A DNA stretch of 64,000 nt from Acidobacteriota bacterium (lineage in GTDB: Bacteria > Acidobacteriota > UBA6911 > RPQK01 > JAJDTT01). The notes beneath the pieces were generated by a model. That model had not been told where the DNA came from. It did no database searches and worked only from the letters and a program-made list of their open reading frames with translations. Made by a program: the position numbers and the translations under genes. Below, piece by piece: positions 19,022-29,098 of the stretch (position 1 is the first letter of the stretch; each line of letters starts with the position of its first letter). Where the stretch lies: positions 5,248,001-5,312,000 of the forward strand of contig OZ253580.1 in NCBI GenBank assembly GCA_965263035.1, given 5' to 3'.

Positions 19022-21298
19022 GTGAAGCTGTGCAGGTCGGGTCGCCCCCTACAACGGAGACTCAAGGCGACCGTTGCTTTTCCCATCATAGTCGGGGCAT
19101 TGTTCAGCTCGACTTGGATCGGGTGTACGCAATCGGACCCTCCTCAAACCCCCCCGCCGGCTCCGGATTCGAGCTCTGAAGAAGCAGTGGACACCCAGGT
19201 GCCCGAGCCTCCCGGAAGCTTGACCTTCAACCGGGACATCGCTCCCATCGTCTTCCAGAATTGTTCCCCCTGTCATCGCCCGGGCGGAGCGGGTCCATTC
19301 GATCTGCTCGGCTACAACGACGTCAATAGCCGGGGCCGCCAGATGGTAGCCGTCACACAGAGTCGTTTCATGCCTCCCTGGCAGCCCAAATCCGGCTATG
19401 GCCAATTCATTGGCGAACGCCGACTCGGCGATGAGCAGATCGAGATGCTTCAGAAGTGGGTGGCGCAAGGATCGGTTGAAGGAAATCCGGCCGACCTGCC
19501 GAGTGTCCCGAAGTGGCCGACCGGATGGATGCTGGGGCCGCCCGATATGACGGTGACCATGCCCCGGCCTTACACGTTGGCCGCCGAAGCCGGCGCGGCA
19601 GGGAAGGACGTCTTTCGCACCTTCGTGCTGCCGGTTCCGCTGGAGTCGATGCGTTACGTTCGCGCATTGGAACTGAATCCCGGAAATCCCAAGGTCGTAC
19701 ATCACATCGTGGGAGGGGTCGACCCCACACCTCGCTCCCGGCAACGTGACCAGCAGGACCCCACGCCCGGTTTTGATGGGATGAGATCCACTCAGACAGC
19801 TCGGCCTCCCGGGGGCCATATCCTGGTCTGGACGCCCGGAAAGGTCCCCACGGAAAACCCGGAGGGCTTGGCTTGGGGCCTGAAAGAGGGGACCGATCTG
19901 GTGTTGGAACTGCACATGCAACCTTCCGGTAAGCCAGAACGGGTTCAGCCCCGCGTCGGTCTTTATTTCAGCGACAAAGCACCCACCAAGATCCCCTTCA
20001 TCCTGATTCTGGGCTCCGTTGCCATCGATATTCCGGCGGGCAGCAAGAACCACCGGATTGAAGACAGCTATGTGCTGCCGGTAGACGTGCAGGTGATGGG
20101 TCTCTATCCGCACGCCCATTTCCTGGGCAAGCAGATGGAGGTCTTTGCGCGCCTGCCCGACGGGAGTCGGCGTTGGCTCCTCTACATCCAGGATTGGGAC
20201 TTCAACTGGCAAGACGATTACCTCTATGCCGAGCCCATCTCGCTCCCGCGTGGCACCCAGCTGACCCTGCGCTACAGCTACGACAACTCAGCCGACAATG
20301 TTCGCAATCCTCACAATCCGCCCCGGCGAGTGGTCTACGGCCCCAATTCCTTCGATGAGATGGGTGAGGTATGGATCCAGATGCTGACCCGCAACCCACG
20401 CGACCGGGCAACTCTGCAGAGCGATTATCGCCTCAAACAACTCGACCTGGGAATTGCCGGTTTCCGGCATTCCCTGGACACCAAGCCTCAGGACGCCGAG
20501 ATCCATCAGCAGTTGGGTCAGGCACTCTACGCCCAGGGACAGATCGAGGAGGCCATCAAGCACTATCGCCAGGCGCTGGACTTGCAACCTTCCAGCGCCG
20601 AAACGCACGCTTACCTGGCCAACGCCCTACTGCAACAGGACAACCCGGAGGGAGCGATTCAGCATTATTCTCTGGCATTGGACCTCGAACCGGATTTTGT
20701 TGAGGCTCATTTGCATGCTGCCAACTTGTTGATGGGGCTCGGAAGCTACGCTCAAGCGGAAGGGCACTATACGCGAGTCGTCGAATTGAATGGCGGCCAC
20801 GCCTTCGCCCGCTTCATGCAGGCTATGGCAATGATTCGGCTGGGCCGTTACCAATCCGCCCGGTCCCGGTTGGAAGAGAGCCGTCAGGCGCTGCCTGACG
20901 ATATCGATATCACTCACGCCCTGGCCCGGCTCTTGGCAGCGGCTCCCGACAGCAGCGCCCGCAACGGACCGCTTGCCCTGCAGCTGTTACAGAAGGTGTT
21001 CCAAGTCCAGAAGGAAGTTTCCTTCGAACACGTGGAAACGCTGGCGATGGCCTTTGCGGAAACGGGGCAATTCCAGCGAGCGGTGCAGATGCAGCAGGCC
21101 ATGATCGAAGACGTCAGCCGAGGTGGCCGCATGGATCTCGCCGAATTGCTGCAAGAGAACCTGGGACGGTATCGCCGGGGACAGCGGTGCCGGAAACCCT
21201 GGCGGGACGATGATCCGGTCTTTTCACCGCTTCCAGGCGAACGGGTTCCGCTGGGGTCTTCCTCCGGTGCGAGCCCGGGGCCGACCCCAGCGGAATGA
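19022..21298 (+). CDS. lipoprotein: heme-c motif plus PHM/DBH-type Cu monooxygenase plus TPR (copy 1)
   Basis: WIGC lipobox-like; CSPCH; VVHH, ELH, PHAH, DEMG; TPRs. Start chosen by alignment with copy 2. Confidence 0.82.
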   Translation: MKLCRSGRPLQRRLKATVAFPIIVGALFSSTWIGCTQSDPPQTPPPAPDSSSEEAVDTQVPEPPGSLTFNRDIAPIVFQNCSPCHRPGGAGPFDLLGYNDVNSRGRQMVAVTQSRFMPPWQPKSGYGQFIGERRLGDEQIEMLQKWVAQGSVEGNPADLPSVPKWPTGWMLGPPDMTVTMPRPYTLAAEAGAAGKDVFRTFVLPVPLESMRYVRALELNPGNPKVVHHIVGGVDPTPRSRQRDQQDPTPGFDGMRSTQTARPPGGHILVWTPGKVPTENPEGLAWGLKEGTDLVLELHMQPSGKPERVQPRVGLYFSDKAPTKIPFILILGSVAIDIPAGSKNHRIEDSYVLPVDVQVMGLYPHAHFLGKQMEVFARLPDGSRRWLLYIQDWDFNWQDDYLYAEPISLPRGTQLTLRYSYDNSADNVRNPHNPPRRVVYGPNSFDEMGEVWIQMLTRNPRDRATLQSDYRLKQLDLGIAGFRHSLDTKPQDAEIHQQLGQALYAQGQIEEAIKHYRQALDLQPSSAETHAYLANALLQQDNPEGAIQHYSLALDLEPDFVEAHLHAANLLMGLGSYAQAEGHYTRVVELNGGHAFARFMQAMAMIRLGRYQSARSRLEESRQALPDDIDITHALARLLAAAPDSSARNGPLALQLLQKVFQVQKEVSFEHVETLAMAFAETGQFQRAVQMQQAMIEDVSRGGRMDLAELLQENLGRYRRGQRCRKPWRDDDPVFSPLPGERVPLGSSSGASPGPTPAE

Positions 21299-21388
21299 TC
21301 GATCGATTTTAGGCGGAAAAGGCCCGGAACTTCCGTTAAACCGCTCGCGCAGTTCTCAATTCGAGGGAATGATCCGGACCTGCCCTAC

Positions 21389-24300
21389 TTACCAGGCGAA
21401 CCTCAATCGGAACTGAACAATTCTGGCAAGAGCCGTATTTCTATATCGTCCGAAGGCGCTTGGATTGGCGAGGGAAAACGACGGGCTATAGAACTGCGGC
21501 CGGTTGAAGACATTGAAGATCTCTGTCCCAAACTCTAGACGCACGCTCTCTGCAACCTGGAAGTCCTTCAGAATCGACAAGTTTTCGGTCGAGTATCCGA
21601 ACCTGCGAATATTCGGCAACTGGTTGGTGTCAGCAAAGCCAATCACCCGATTCTCGGGTGCAAACGCTGCCACGTTGAGCGTATTTTTCTGCGACCCGTT
21701 CGGATCATAGGCCCCGTGGCTGACCCCGCCTCCTATGGATGAACCCGTGCGATTGACACGCCCCAAGTTGATGGGATCGCCTGACATGTAGTTGTGCCAA
21801 CCCATGATCCGCCATCTCCCGATGAAATGGTTGAACACATTGGAGGCGCCACCACCCCATCGCTGCCCCCGACCGAAGGGCACCTGCCAAGTCCAGGTCA
21901 AGGCCATGTTGTGGGTGCGGTCAAAGGGCACCAGGAAACGGACTCCGCTGCCTCCATACCCCTCATGCGACACACCGGGCGCGCCGAATACACCATAACC
22001 GCTGCCAGTGGCGATGTTCTTGGAGAGCGTATAGGCCAGCAGGAAACTGAGTCCACCTCCAAAACGCTTCTGGGCACTGACGTTGGCGGCGTGATACGAG
22101 GTAATTCCTCCGTGGGCGCCTCTCAGATTGACTCCCGTGTATTGGGGATAGGGACGGGAAGCCTGCCGGACACTTCCAGTGAATCCCGCGTAGGGTACGG
22201 CGACGCCTGTCCCCATTCCCGCGGGGGACGATATTGGTTGATCGATGACCGGTCCCAGTCTGAAGATCCCCGGGGCCACCTCGTTGCGTTCCCAGTTCAG
22301 GCGGTAATGCCGGCCCAGCTTGCCGACATAGTCCATCTTGAGCAGGAGATTCCACCCGACCTCCCTCTCAATGCCGAGACCGAGATTGTAGCTGGTGGTC
22401 CACTTGTTGTCCTGGGGATGAATCCAGTGCACCGCGGTCCCATTGGCCAGGGTCGGATCGAGGTTGGGAAGACTGTTGACGATCTGGAGTCCTTCGGCTG
22501 GAAACCCGCCGTTCCAGTTGAAGGCCGGGGTCACCCCGCCATCAGTGGAACTATACTCCGGCTGGGCAGCCCACCCCAGATTCGCAACATTCCCTCCGCC
22601 TTGCAACTCGGCGCCCGGATTGGCGTAGGTGATTCCCCCGTAAGCTCGCAGCACAGTCTTGTCATCCAGCGCGTAGGCCAGACCCAGACGGGGCGACCAA
22701 GCGCCCCAATCCCGATCGTAGGCCCTGGTTCGACCGTTTCGGCCCGGTCCCTCGCCGTTGAAAGTCAAGGCGCCCATTCGTCCGTCTGCCGCAGCATTGG
22801 GAATGTCGGGACTGAAGTAGCCCATCCGATGATAGGTTTCGCCAAAGGGGGTCCACCAGTTGAATCGAAGCCCGTAGTTGACGGTCAGTTGGCGGGTGGC
22901 GCGCCAAGTATCCTGCAAATAGATGGCATAGACGCGATTGTTGACTCTTTTGTTATCAGACGGCCTCATGAAGGCTGTGTTCACTTCCCCCAACAGGTAG
23001 CTGGCCCAGCCACGGCCGGTCAGCGCGATATCGGGGAACGCGGAGACGTTGCCGTCTGCGGCCATCTGATTGCCGCCGGCCAATCCCGTCGTGATGTCGC
23101 TGAAGGTGAAATTGCCGTTGGTGAAAATCTGGACGTTCCGTCCCACGGCGGCGTATCTGCCCTGGATGCCGAACTTGTAGTTGTGGCTCCCTTTGACCCA
23201 GGTCAGATCCGTATAAACCGGGTACGTGAACTCGGGCATGAAGAGATTCAGGAAGAGGAATCCAAACCCGGAGGCGCCCTGGATGTTGGTAAAAGGAGTA
23301 TCGGGTGTCACCAAGCCGGTGAGCCCCGAATCCCGGCCGTGCGTGTTGCCCGGCTTGCCGATCTCCCGGGGGACTCCCTGGCCGGCAAAGCGCACACTCA
23401 AAAGCAGATTGGGCCGCAGGGTGAAGTAATTTGAGAACCGGTAGCGGTACTGTTTGCCCAGCGTCAGGTGGGTCGTGTTGATCAACTGGTCATAGCCGGC
23501 GTTCCCGGGCCAGACGACATCCTTCCTGTGCCGGTCCATCCCAAATGAGAGCTTATAGCTATCGGTAATCTTGTGGTCCGTCTTCAAGGTCAGCTTGTCG
23601 ATGTCCTGCTCGCCCTTGTCCAGCGGACCGATATGGTTGTCCACCGTGCCCGGCCGGTTGGCCATTGGGATACTGTCCTGAAAAGCGGTCGAAATGGAGC
23701 TGAGGCGGTTGCGGGGAATGACGTTGCCTGGAAATGGATCGCGGATGAAACCTCCATGTCCGTCCGGCCGAGTGGAGGCCGGGTCATAGATCTGCCCCTG
23801 CATAATGGGTCTTCCCAGGACATCGGTCCCAATCTGCGGTCCCAGGAACTCGCTGAAATCCCCGCCACGCATCAACGAGGTGGCGACGGTCGAGGTCTGG
23901 CCGCCGGCGGTCCTGCGCTCGCGGTACCCGGTATAGCTGGCCAGGAAAAAGTGCTTGTCCTTGATGATCCGCCCGCCCACAACAGCTCCAAACTCGTTCT
24001 GCCGGTGGGGATTGACTTCTGCGGCGAACCACTGACGAGCGTCCAGAACGTCGTTTCGAAAATACTCGAAAACGCTGCCGTGGAACTCGTTGGTTCCCGA
24101 CTTCATGACCATTTCCACACTCGAGCCCATATTCCAGCCGTGCTCGGCGTTGACGTTGGCCACGGTTCGAAACTCGCTGATGACTTCGGGAATCAGCCCC
24201 GAATCCTCTCTCATGCCGAAGTTGTTGGCGGGACTGGAATAGATCCCGTCGATGTTGGTGCTCATGACACCCACGACTCCGTGGACGTAGCCCCGGTCGG

Positions 24301-24841
24301 TGGTGTCGGTTTCCTTTCCGTAGGGATCGTAAGAGAAACCGGGCAAGGTTCGAGTGAAGGACAAACTGTGCCGGGCCCCCTGGTTGACTGCCATCGGCAG
24401 TTCCTCGATCTCCTCGACGACCCTGGTGAGACCTGAACTGGAGGATTGGTTGTCGACGGCCAGGGCCTGACTTTCCACCGTCACGGTGTCCACGACTTCG
24501 CCGATAGGCAAGCTGATGTCGAGCGTCACTGCCAAGCCGGAAACCACTCTCACGCCCACTTGTTCAACCGTCTTGAAGCCGGGCAGACTTGCGGAGACCG
24601 TGTAGGAGCCGATCACCAGCCCCGGAAAAGAGTAGTCGCCCGCCTCGCTGCTGATGGTAGCGGTTACGACACCAGTCGATTCATTGCGGGCCGTCACGTC
24701 GGCGCCCGGAATCCGCGCCCCCGTCTCGTCGACGATCCCCCCCGCAAGCCTGCCCAAATTGTCCTGGGCCATTACTGGGAGGGAAATCAGCAAAACCAAC
24801 AACGGCAGGATGATCTTGACGGAAGTTAGGGAAGCCTGCAT
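21389..24841 (-). CDS. TonB-dependent receptor, Oar-like, with carboxypeptidase-regulatory N-domain
   Basis: AGGAGG RBS; GARIPGA.V, KSGTNEFHGSVFEYFRN, YLQDTWR...LTVNYGLRF, FNVFNRPQF; C-terminal aromatic strand. Confidence 0.92.
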   Translation of the reverse strand: MQASLTSVKIILPLLVLLISLPVMAQDNLGRLAGGIVDETGARIPGADVTARNESTGVVTATISSEAGDYSFPGLVIGSYTVSASLPGFKTVEQVGVRVVSGLAVTLDISLPIGEVVDTVTVESQALAVDNQSSSSGLTRVVEEIEELPMAVNQGARHSLSFTRTLPGFSYDPYGKETDTTDRGYVHGVVGVMSTNIDGIYSSPANNFGMREDSGLIPEVISEFRTVANVNAEHGWNMGSSVEMVMKSGTNEFHGSVFEYFRNDVLDARQWFAAEVNPHRQNEFGAVVGGRIIKDKHFFLASYTGYRERRTAGGQTSTVATSLMRGGDFSEFLGPQIGTDVLGRPIMQGQIYDPASTRPDGHGGFIRDPFPGNVIPRNRLSSISTAFQDSIPMANRPGTVDNHIGPLDKGEQDIDKLTLKTDHKITDSYKLSFGMDRHRKDVVWPGNAGYDQLINTTHLTLGKQYRYRFSNYFTLRPNLLLSVRFAGQGVPREIGKPGNTHGRDSGLTGLVTPDTPFTNIQGASGFGFLFLNLFMPEFTYPVYTDLTWVKGSHNYKFGIQGRYAAVGRNVQIFTNGNFTFSDITTGLAGGNQMAADGNVSAFPDIALTGRGWASYLLGEVNTAFMRPSDNKRVNNRVYAIYLQDTWRATRQLTVNYGLRFNWWTPFGETYHRMGYFSPDIPNAAADGRMGALTFNGEGPGRNGRTRAYDRDWGAWSPRLGLAYALDDKTVLRAYGGITYANPGAELQGGGNVANLGWAAQPEYSSTDGGVTPAFNWNGGFPAEGLQIVNSLPNLDPTLANGTAVHWIHPQDNKWTTSYNLGLGIEREVGWNLLLKMDYVGKLGRHYRLNWERNEVAPGIFRLGPVIDQPISSPAGMGTGVAVPYAGFTGSVRQASRPYPQYTGVNLRGAHGGITSYHAANVSAQKRFGGGLSFLLAYTLSKNIATGSGYGVFGAPGVSHEGYGGSGVRFLVPFDRTHNMALTWTWQVPFGRGQRWGGGASNVFNHFIGRWRIMGWHNYMSGDPINLGRVNRTGSSIGGGVSHGAYDPNGSQKNTLNVAAFAPENRVIGFADTNQLPNIRRFGYSTENLSILKDFQVAESVRLEFGTEIFNVFNRPQFYSPSFSLANPSAFGRYRNTALARIVQFRLRFAW

Positions 24842-25124
24842 CGGCGCGTCCTCCTTGGAATACGAATTGGAGTGAGTGGAAATTGCCTTCCAGCAATTCG
24901 GTAGGAAGCTACACGAGTCTGTCAGCAAAAGTCAAGCAAATACTCGTCTGAACTTTCTCAATGTTTTTGGAGGTTTACGAGAACGGAGGAAGTAGACTCG
25001 CAGGAGCATCGCGACGAGGGAGTCCCAAAGCGGTGGCACGCCCAAACTGGAATTTTCCGGAAGCCAGCCGCAATCACGTAGAATCGGGTATCGGGAGTCT
25101 CCGCAAACTGAATGGGGAAAGACG

Positions 25125-27155
25125 GTGAAGCGTTACAGGTCGGATCGACCGTTCCGGAAGAGACTCAAGGCGGACGTTGTTTTTCCGCTCATGATGGGGA
25201 CATTGTTCAGCTGGGCTTGGATGGGGTGTGCACCACCCGACTCTCTCAAGACAGCCCCACCGCTTCCGGATTCGAGCATTGAAGAAGCGCTGGAAACTTA
25301 TGTGCCCCGGCCGGCTGGCACCTTGACCTTCAACCGGGACATCGTTCCCCTGGTGTTCGAGAACTGCGCAACCTGTCACCGGCCGGGAGGTGCAGGACCT
25401 TTCCACTTGCTCGGCTACGCAGACGTCCGCCGCCGAGCCAACCAGATCGTGACCGTCACGCAGAGTCGTTACATGCCTCCCTGGCAACCCGAGCCGGGTT
25501 ACGGGGAGTTCATCGGGGAGCGCCGACTGAATGTGGATCAGATCGGCATGTTGGCGCAGTGGGTGGCTGAGGGGGCGATCGAAGGGAATCCGGCAGACTT
25601 GCCCAAGGTGCCGGAATGGCCGACCGGCTGGCACCTTGGGCAACCGGATCTGGTTCTCACCATGCCCCGGCCGTACACCCTGGCGGCGGATGGACCGGAC
25701 GTCTTCCGGATGTTCGTCATACCGGTTCCTCTGGCGTCAAACCGTTTCGTGCGAGCCTTGGAATTGCGGCCCGGAAACCCAAGGGTCGTCCATCATGCGG
25801 TAGGACTGGTCGACACGACCCTTCGCAGCCGGCAATTGGATGAAGAAGATCCCATCCCCGGTTTCGAAGGCATGAGGTCCACCGAGTTTGCTCGCGCTCC
25901 CGACGGCCATTTCCTGGGTTGGACACCAGGCAAGGTTCCAACGGAAAGCGCCGAAGGGAGGACTTGGCAACTGAAAAGAAGGGCCGACCTGGTGCTTGAA
26001 TTGCACATGATGCCCTCCGGCAAACCGGAACTGATTCAGCCCAGCGTGGGGCTGTATTTCAGTGACGAGGCCCCGACCAGGACCTCCTTCATCATCGGAC
26101 TGGGCTCCCGGACCATCGACATTCCCCCAGGAGAGAAGGAATATTGGATCGAGGACAGTCTTGTCCTGCCGGTGGCGGTGCAGGTTCTGGGCGTTTACCC
26201 ACATGCCCACTATCTGGGCAAACAGATGCGCGCGATTGCACAGCTTCCCGACGGCAGCCGGCGCTGGCTCGTTCATATCAAGGAGTGGGACTTCAATTGG
26301 CAGGACGAGTATCTCTATCCTGAGCCGATCTCTCTGCCCCGCGGAACCCGGCTGACCATGCAGTACAGTTACGACAACTCGGCAGACAACCTGCGAAATC
26401 CCCACAACCCGCCTCAGCGTGTGGTTTACGGTCCCAATTCCAGCGAGGAGATGGGCGATCTGTGGCTCCAGGTATTGACGCAAGACAGGAACGACTTTTT
26501 GACCCTGCAAACCGACTACCGGGTCAAAGAACGTGAGCGGTTCATTGCCGGCTACCGGCATGCCTTGCAGATCGGGCCCGAGAATGCCCAAACCCACGAC
26601 CACCTGGGCCAGGTGCTTCAGGCCCAGGGAGAGATTGAGGCTGCCGTTCGCCACTATCGCCAAGCGCTGAAGATCCGGCCGGCATACGCGGAGACCCACA
26701 GCAATCTGGCGACCGCCTTGTTGCAGCAGGGCCAGACCGAGGAGGCTATTGGCCACTACGGCCGGGCCCTGAAAATCAAACCAGACCTGCTTGAAGCTCA
26801 CTACAATCTGGGCGGTGCCCTGTTGGCCATGGGCCGCATCAGCCAAGCCATTGCCACCTTGCAACGAGCCATCCAGATCGAGCCGGAGTTTGCCAGGGCA
26901 CACAACAACCTGGGCATCGCCTTCGCTCAGCAGGAAGACTTGGCCCAAGCCCTCTATCATTTTGAGCGGGCGGTGAGGATCGATTCGGATTTTGCAGAGG
27001 CCCGCAACAATCTTGGCAATGCACTTCTCACAGCGGGGGACTTCAGCAGGGCGGTGATCGAATATCGGCGCGCCCTGGAAATCGACCCCAGCTATGCCGA
27101 TGCCGCGCGCAACCTGAAGCTGGCACGGGAACTGCTGGTGACTTCCCCCCAGTGA
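25125..27155 (+). CDS. lipoprotein: heme-c motif plus PHM/DBH-type Cu monooxygenase plus TPR (copy 2)
   Basis: WMGC; CATCH; VVHH, ELH, PHAH, EEMG; canonical TPR tail (HNNLG, RNNLG). Confidence 0.82.
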   Translation: MKRYRSDRPFRKRLKADVVFPLMMGTLFSWAWMGCAPPDSLKTAPPLPDSSIEEALETYVPRPAGTLTFNRDIVPLVFENCATCHRPGGAGPFHLLGYADVRRRANQIVTVTQSRYMPPWQPEPGYGEFIGERRLNVDQIGMLAQWVAEGAIEGNPADLPKVPEWPTGWHLGQPDLVLTMPRPYTLAADGPDVFRMFVIPVPLASNRFVRALELRPGNPRVVHHAVGLVDTTLRSRQLDEEDPIPGFEGMRSTEFARAPDGHFLGWTPGKVPTESAEGRTWQLKRRADLVLELHMMPSGKPELIQPSVGLYFSDEAPTRTSFIIGLGSRTIDIPPGEKEYWIEDSLVLPVAVQVLGVYPHAHYLGKQMRAIAQLPDGSRRWLVHIKEWDFNWQDEYLYPEPISLPRGTRLTMQYSYDNSADNLRNPHNPPQRVVYGPNSSEEMGDLWLQVLTQDRNDFLTLQTDYRVKERERFIAGYRHALQIGPENAQTHDHLGQVLQAQGEIEAAVRHYRQALKIRPAYAETHSNLATALLQQGQTEEAIGHYGRALKIKPDLLEAHYNLGGALLAMGRISQAIATLQRAIQIEPEFARAHNNLGIAFAQQEDLAQALYHFERAVRIDSDFAEARNNLGNALLTAGDFSRAVIEYRRALEIDPSYADAARNLKLARELLVTSPQ

Positions 27156-27213
27156 GGGGATCGGATCTCTGGCTCTCCGTTACCGAATTCGTTCGTAATG
27201 GGATGAGAAAAGC

Positions 27214-29028
27214 ATGTGCTCTCACCGAGGGAGTCCCTGGGTCATCCTGGTCATTTGGGCTCTACTGAACGTCTCTCTGGCCCAGGGTCTGCAGCAGGCC
27301 GTCGATCCGGCGCAGCAAGAAGGAGAATCGGCAACCAGCGATATCTTCCTGGATGCCACGCAGGAAGCGGGGATCGATTTCGTCCACTTCAACGGCATGT
27401 CGGGGGAACGCTACCTGTGCGAAATGATGGGCCCCGGTGGAGCCATGTTCGATTATGACAACGACGGGGATCTCGACCTCTATCTGGTTCAGGGCCGCAT
27501 GCTCGGACCGGGGAAAACTCTTGCCGATGCGGTCTTCCCCCCGCCCCAATCCGAATCGCTGATCGACAGGCTCTACCGAAACGACCTGCGGACGGACAAA
27601 GCCGGCAGTCGCCGGTTGCACTTTACCGACGTGACGGAGGGAAGTGGGATCAGGGCACCAGGGTACGGGATGGGCGTGGCAACGGGAGATTTCAACAACG
27701 ATGGTTGGATCGACCTCTATCTGACCAATTTCGGGCCCAACCAGCTGTTTCGGAACAATGGGGATGGAACCTTTACCGATGTGACCGGGGCAACCGGCAC
27801 GGATGACCCGCGCTGGAGTGTCAGCGCGGCTTTCCTGGACTATGACCGGGACGGCTGGCTGGACCTCTACGTGGGCAACTACGTCGACTTCAGCTTTTCC
27901 AATCACAAGCGCTGCTTCTCTTTCGCTGATTCCAGTCGCAGCAGTGCCCTCGAGTACTGTGATCCCAGCCAATACGAACCGTTGCCCGAGAGCCTCTTCC
28001 GCAATCGGGGCGACGGAACCTTCCAAGATGTGTCCCACAAGGCAGGAATTGCGCGGGAATCAAATGGGGCATTGGGAGTGAGTACGGCCGACTATAACGG
28101 GGATGGCTGGACCGATATCTATGTGGCCAATGACAAGAGGCCGAATCACCTCTGGATCAATCAGAAGGATGGCAGTTTTCGGAACCTGGCTCTGCTGGCC
28201 GGCTGCGCAGTCAGTGGGGAGGGTTTTCCCGAGTCCAGCATGGGAGTGGACGCCGGTGACTTTGACAATGACGGAGACGAAGACCTCTTCATGACGCACA
28301 TGTCGCTGAACGAGAAGAACACCCTCTACGTCAACCAGGGAGAGGGATCGTTCGAGGATGCCTCCTACCTGAGCGGGCTGGCTCTTCCCAGCATTGCTTT
28401 CACCGGGTTCGGTACGGCATTTTTCGATTACGACAACGATGGCAGGCTGGACATTTCAGCCGCCAATGGACACGTCAAAAACGTTGCGGCGCTGGCGCGG
28501 GCCAAAGATCCTTATCCATTGCACCAAACCAATCAGCTGTTCAGGAATATGGGGAAGGGACAGTTTCAGGAAGTGACCGAAGCCGCCGGGGCCGTGTTTG
28601 AGCTGTCCGAAGTGAGTCGCGGAGCGGCATTTGGAGATGTCGACAACGATGGAGACACGGATGTTCTGATTCTCAACAATAGCGGGCCCGCGCGGCTGCT
28701 GACCAATCAGGTCGGAAGCGGCAACCATTGGATGGGACTGAAGCTTGTCGGTCGGCCTTCGGGCCGGGACATGTTGGGCGCCAGAGTGGCTGTCTTGCTA
28801 TCCCAGGGACCGGCCTTGTGGCGCCGGGTGCGTACGGACGGCAGCTACGCCTCCGCCAACGACCCCAGGGTGCTGGTCGGGCTGGGTAATACAACCCAGG
28901 TCGAGGCCGTGCGAGTTTATTGGCCCGACGGTCGAACAGAAGAATGGAAACAAGTATCGATCGATACCTATTCAGAATTGCATCAGGGTAGCGGGACCCG
29001 ACTTTCTCTGCCGCCAGATCCTCGATAG
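27214..29028 (+). CDS. CRTAC1 family protein (FG-GAP plus ASPIC/UnbV)
   Basis: Signal peptide; DxDxDG repeats; close paralog of 15048..16916. Confidence 0.9.
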   Translation: MCSHRGSPWVILVIWALLNVSLAQGLQQAVDPAQQEGESATSDIFLDATQEAGIDFVHFNGMSGERYLCEMMGPGGAMFDYDNDGDLDLYLVQGRMLGPGKTLADAVFPPPQSESLIDRLYRNDLRTDKAGSRRLHFTDVTEGSGIRAPGYGMGVATGDFNNDGWIDLYLTNFGPNQLFRNNGDGTFTDVTGATGTDDPRWSVSAAFLDYDRDGWLDLYVGNYVDFSFSNHKRCFSFADSSRSSALEYCDPSQYEPLPESLFRNRGDGTFQDVSHKAGIARESNGALGVSTADYNGDGWTDIYVANDKRPNHLWINQKDGSFRNLALLAGCAVSGEGFPESSMGVDAGDFDNDGDEDLFMTHMSLNEKNTLYVNQGEGSFEDASYLSGLALPSIAFTGFGTAFFDYDNDGRLDISAANGHVKNVAALARAKDPYPLHQTNQLFRNMGKGQFQEVTEAAGAVFELSEVSRGAAFGDVDNDGDTDVLILNNSGPARLLTNQVGSGNHWMGLKLVGRPSGRDMLGARVAVLLSQGPALWRRVRTDGSYASANDPRVLVGLGNTTQVEAVRVYWPDGRTEEWKQVSIDTYSELHQGSGTRLSLPPDPR

Positions 29029-29098
29029 AGGCCGGTTCGAGCCGGCCGGCCCGACCCTGAGACCGTCCGTCGCAACCGGACCGATGGGCCACCTGAGA

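Noticed and set aside
15339-24436. Long antisense ORFs (505, 381, 387, 546 and 287 aa)
   Set aside because: High-GC shadow frames opposite well-supported genes
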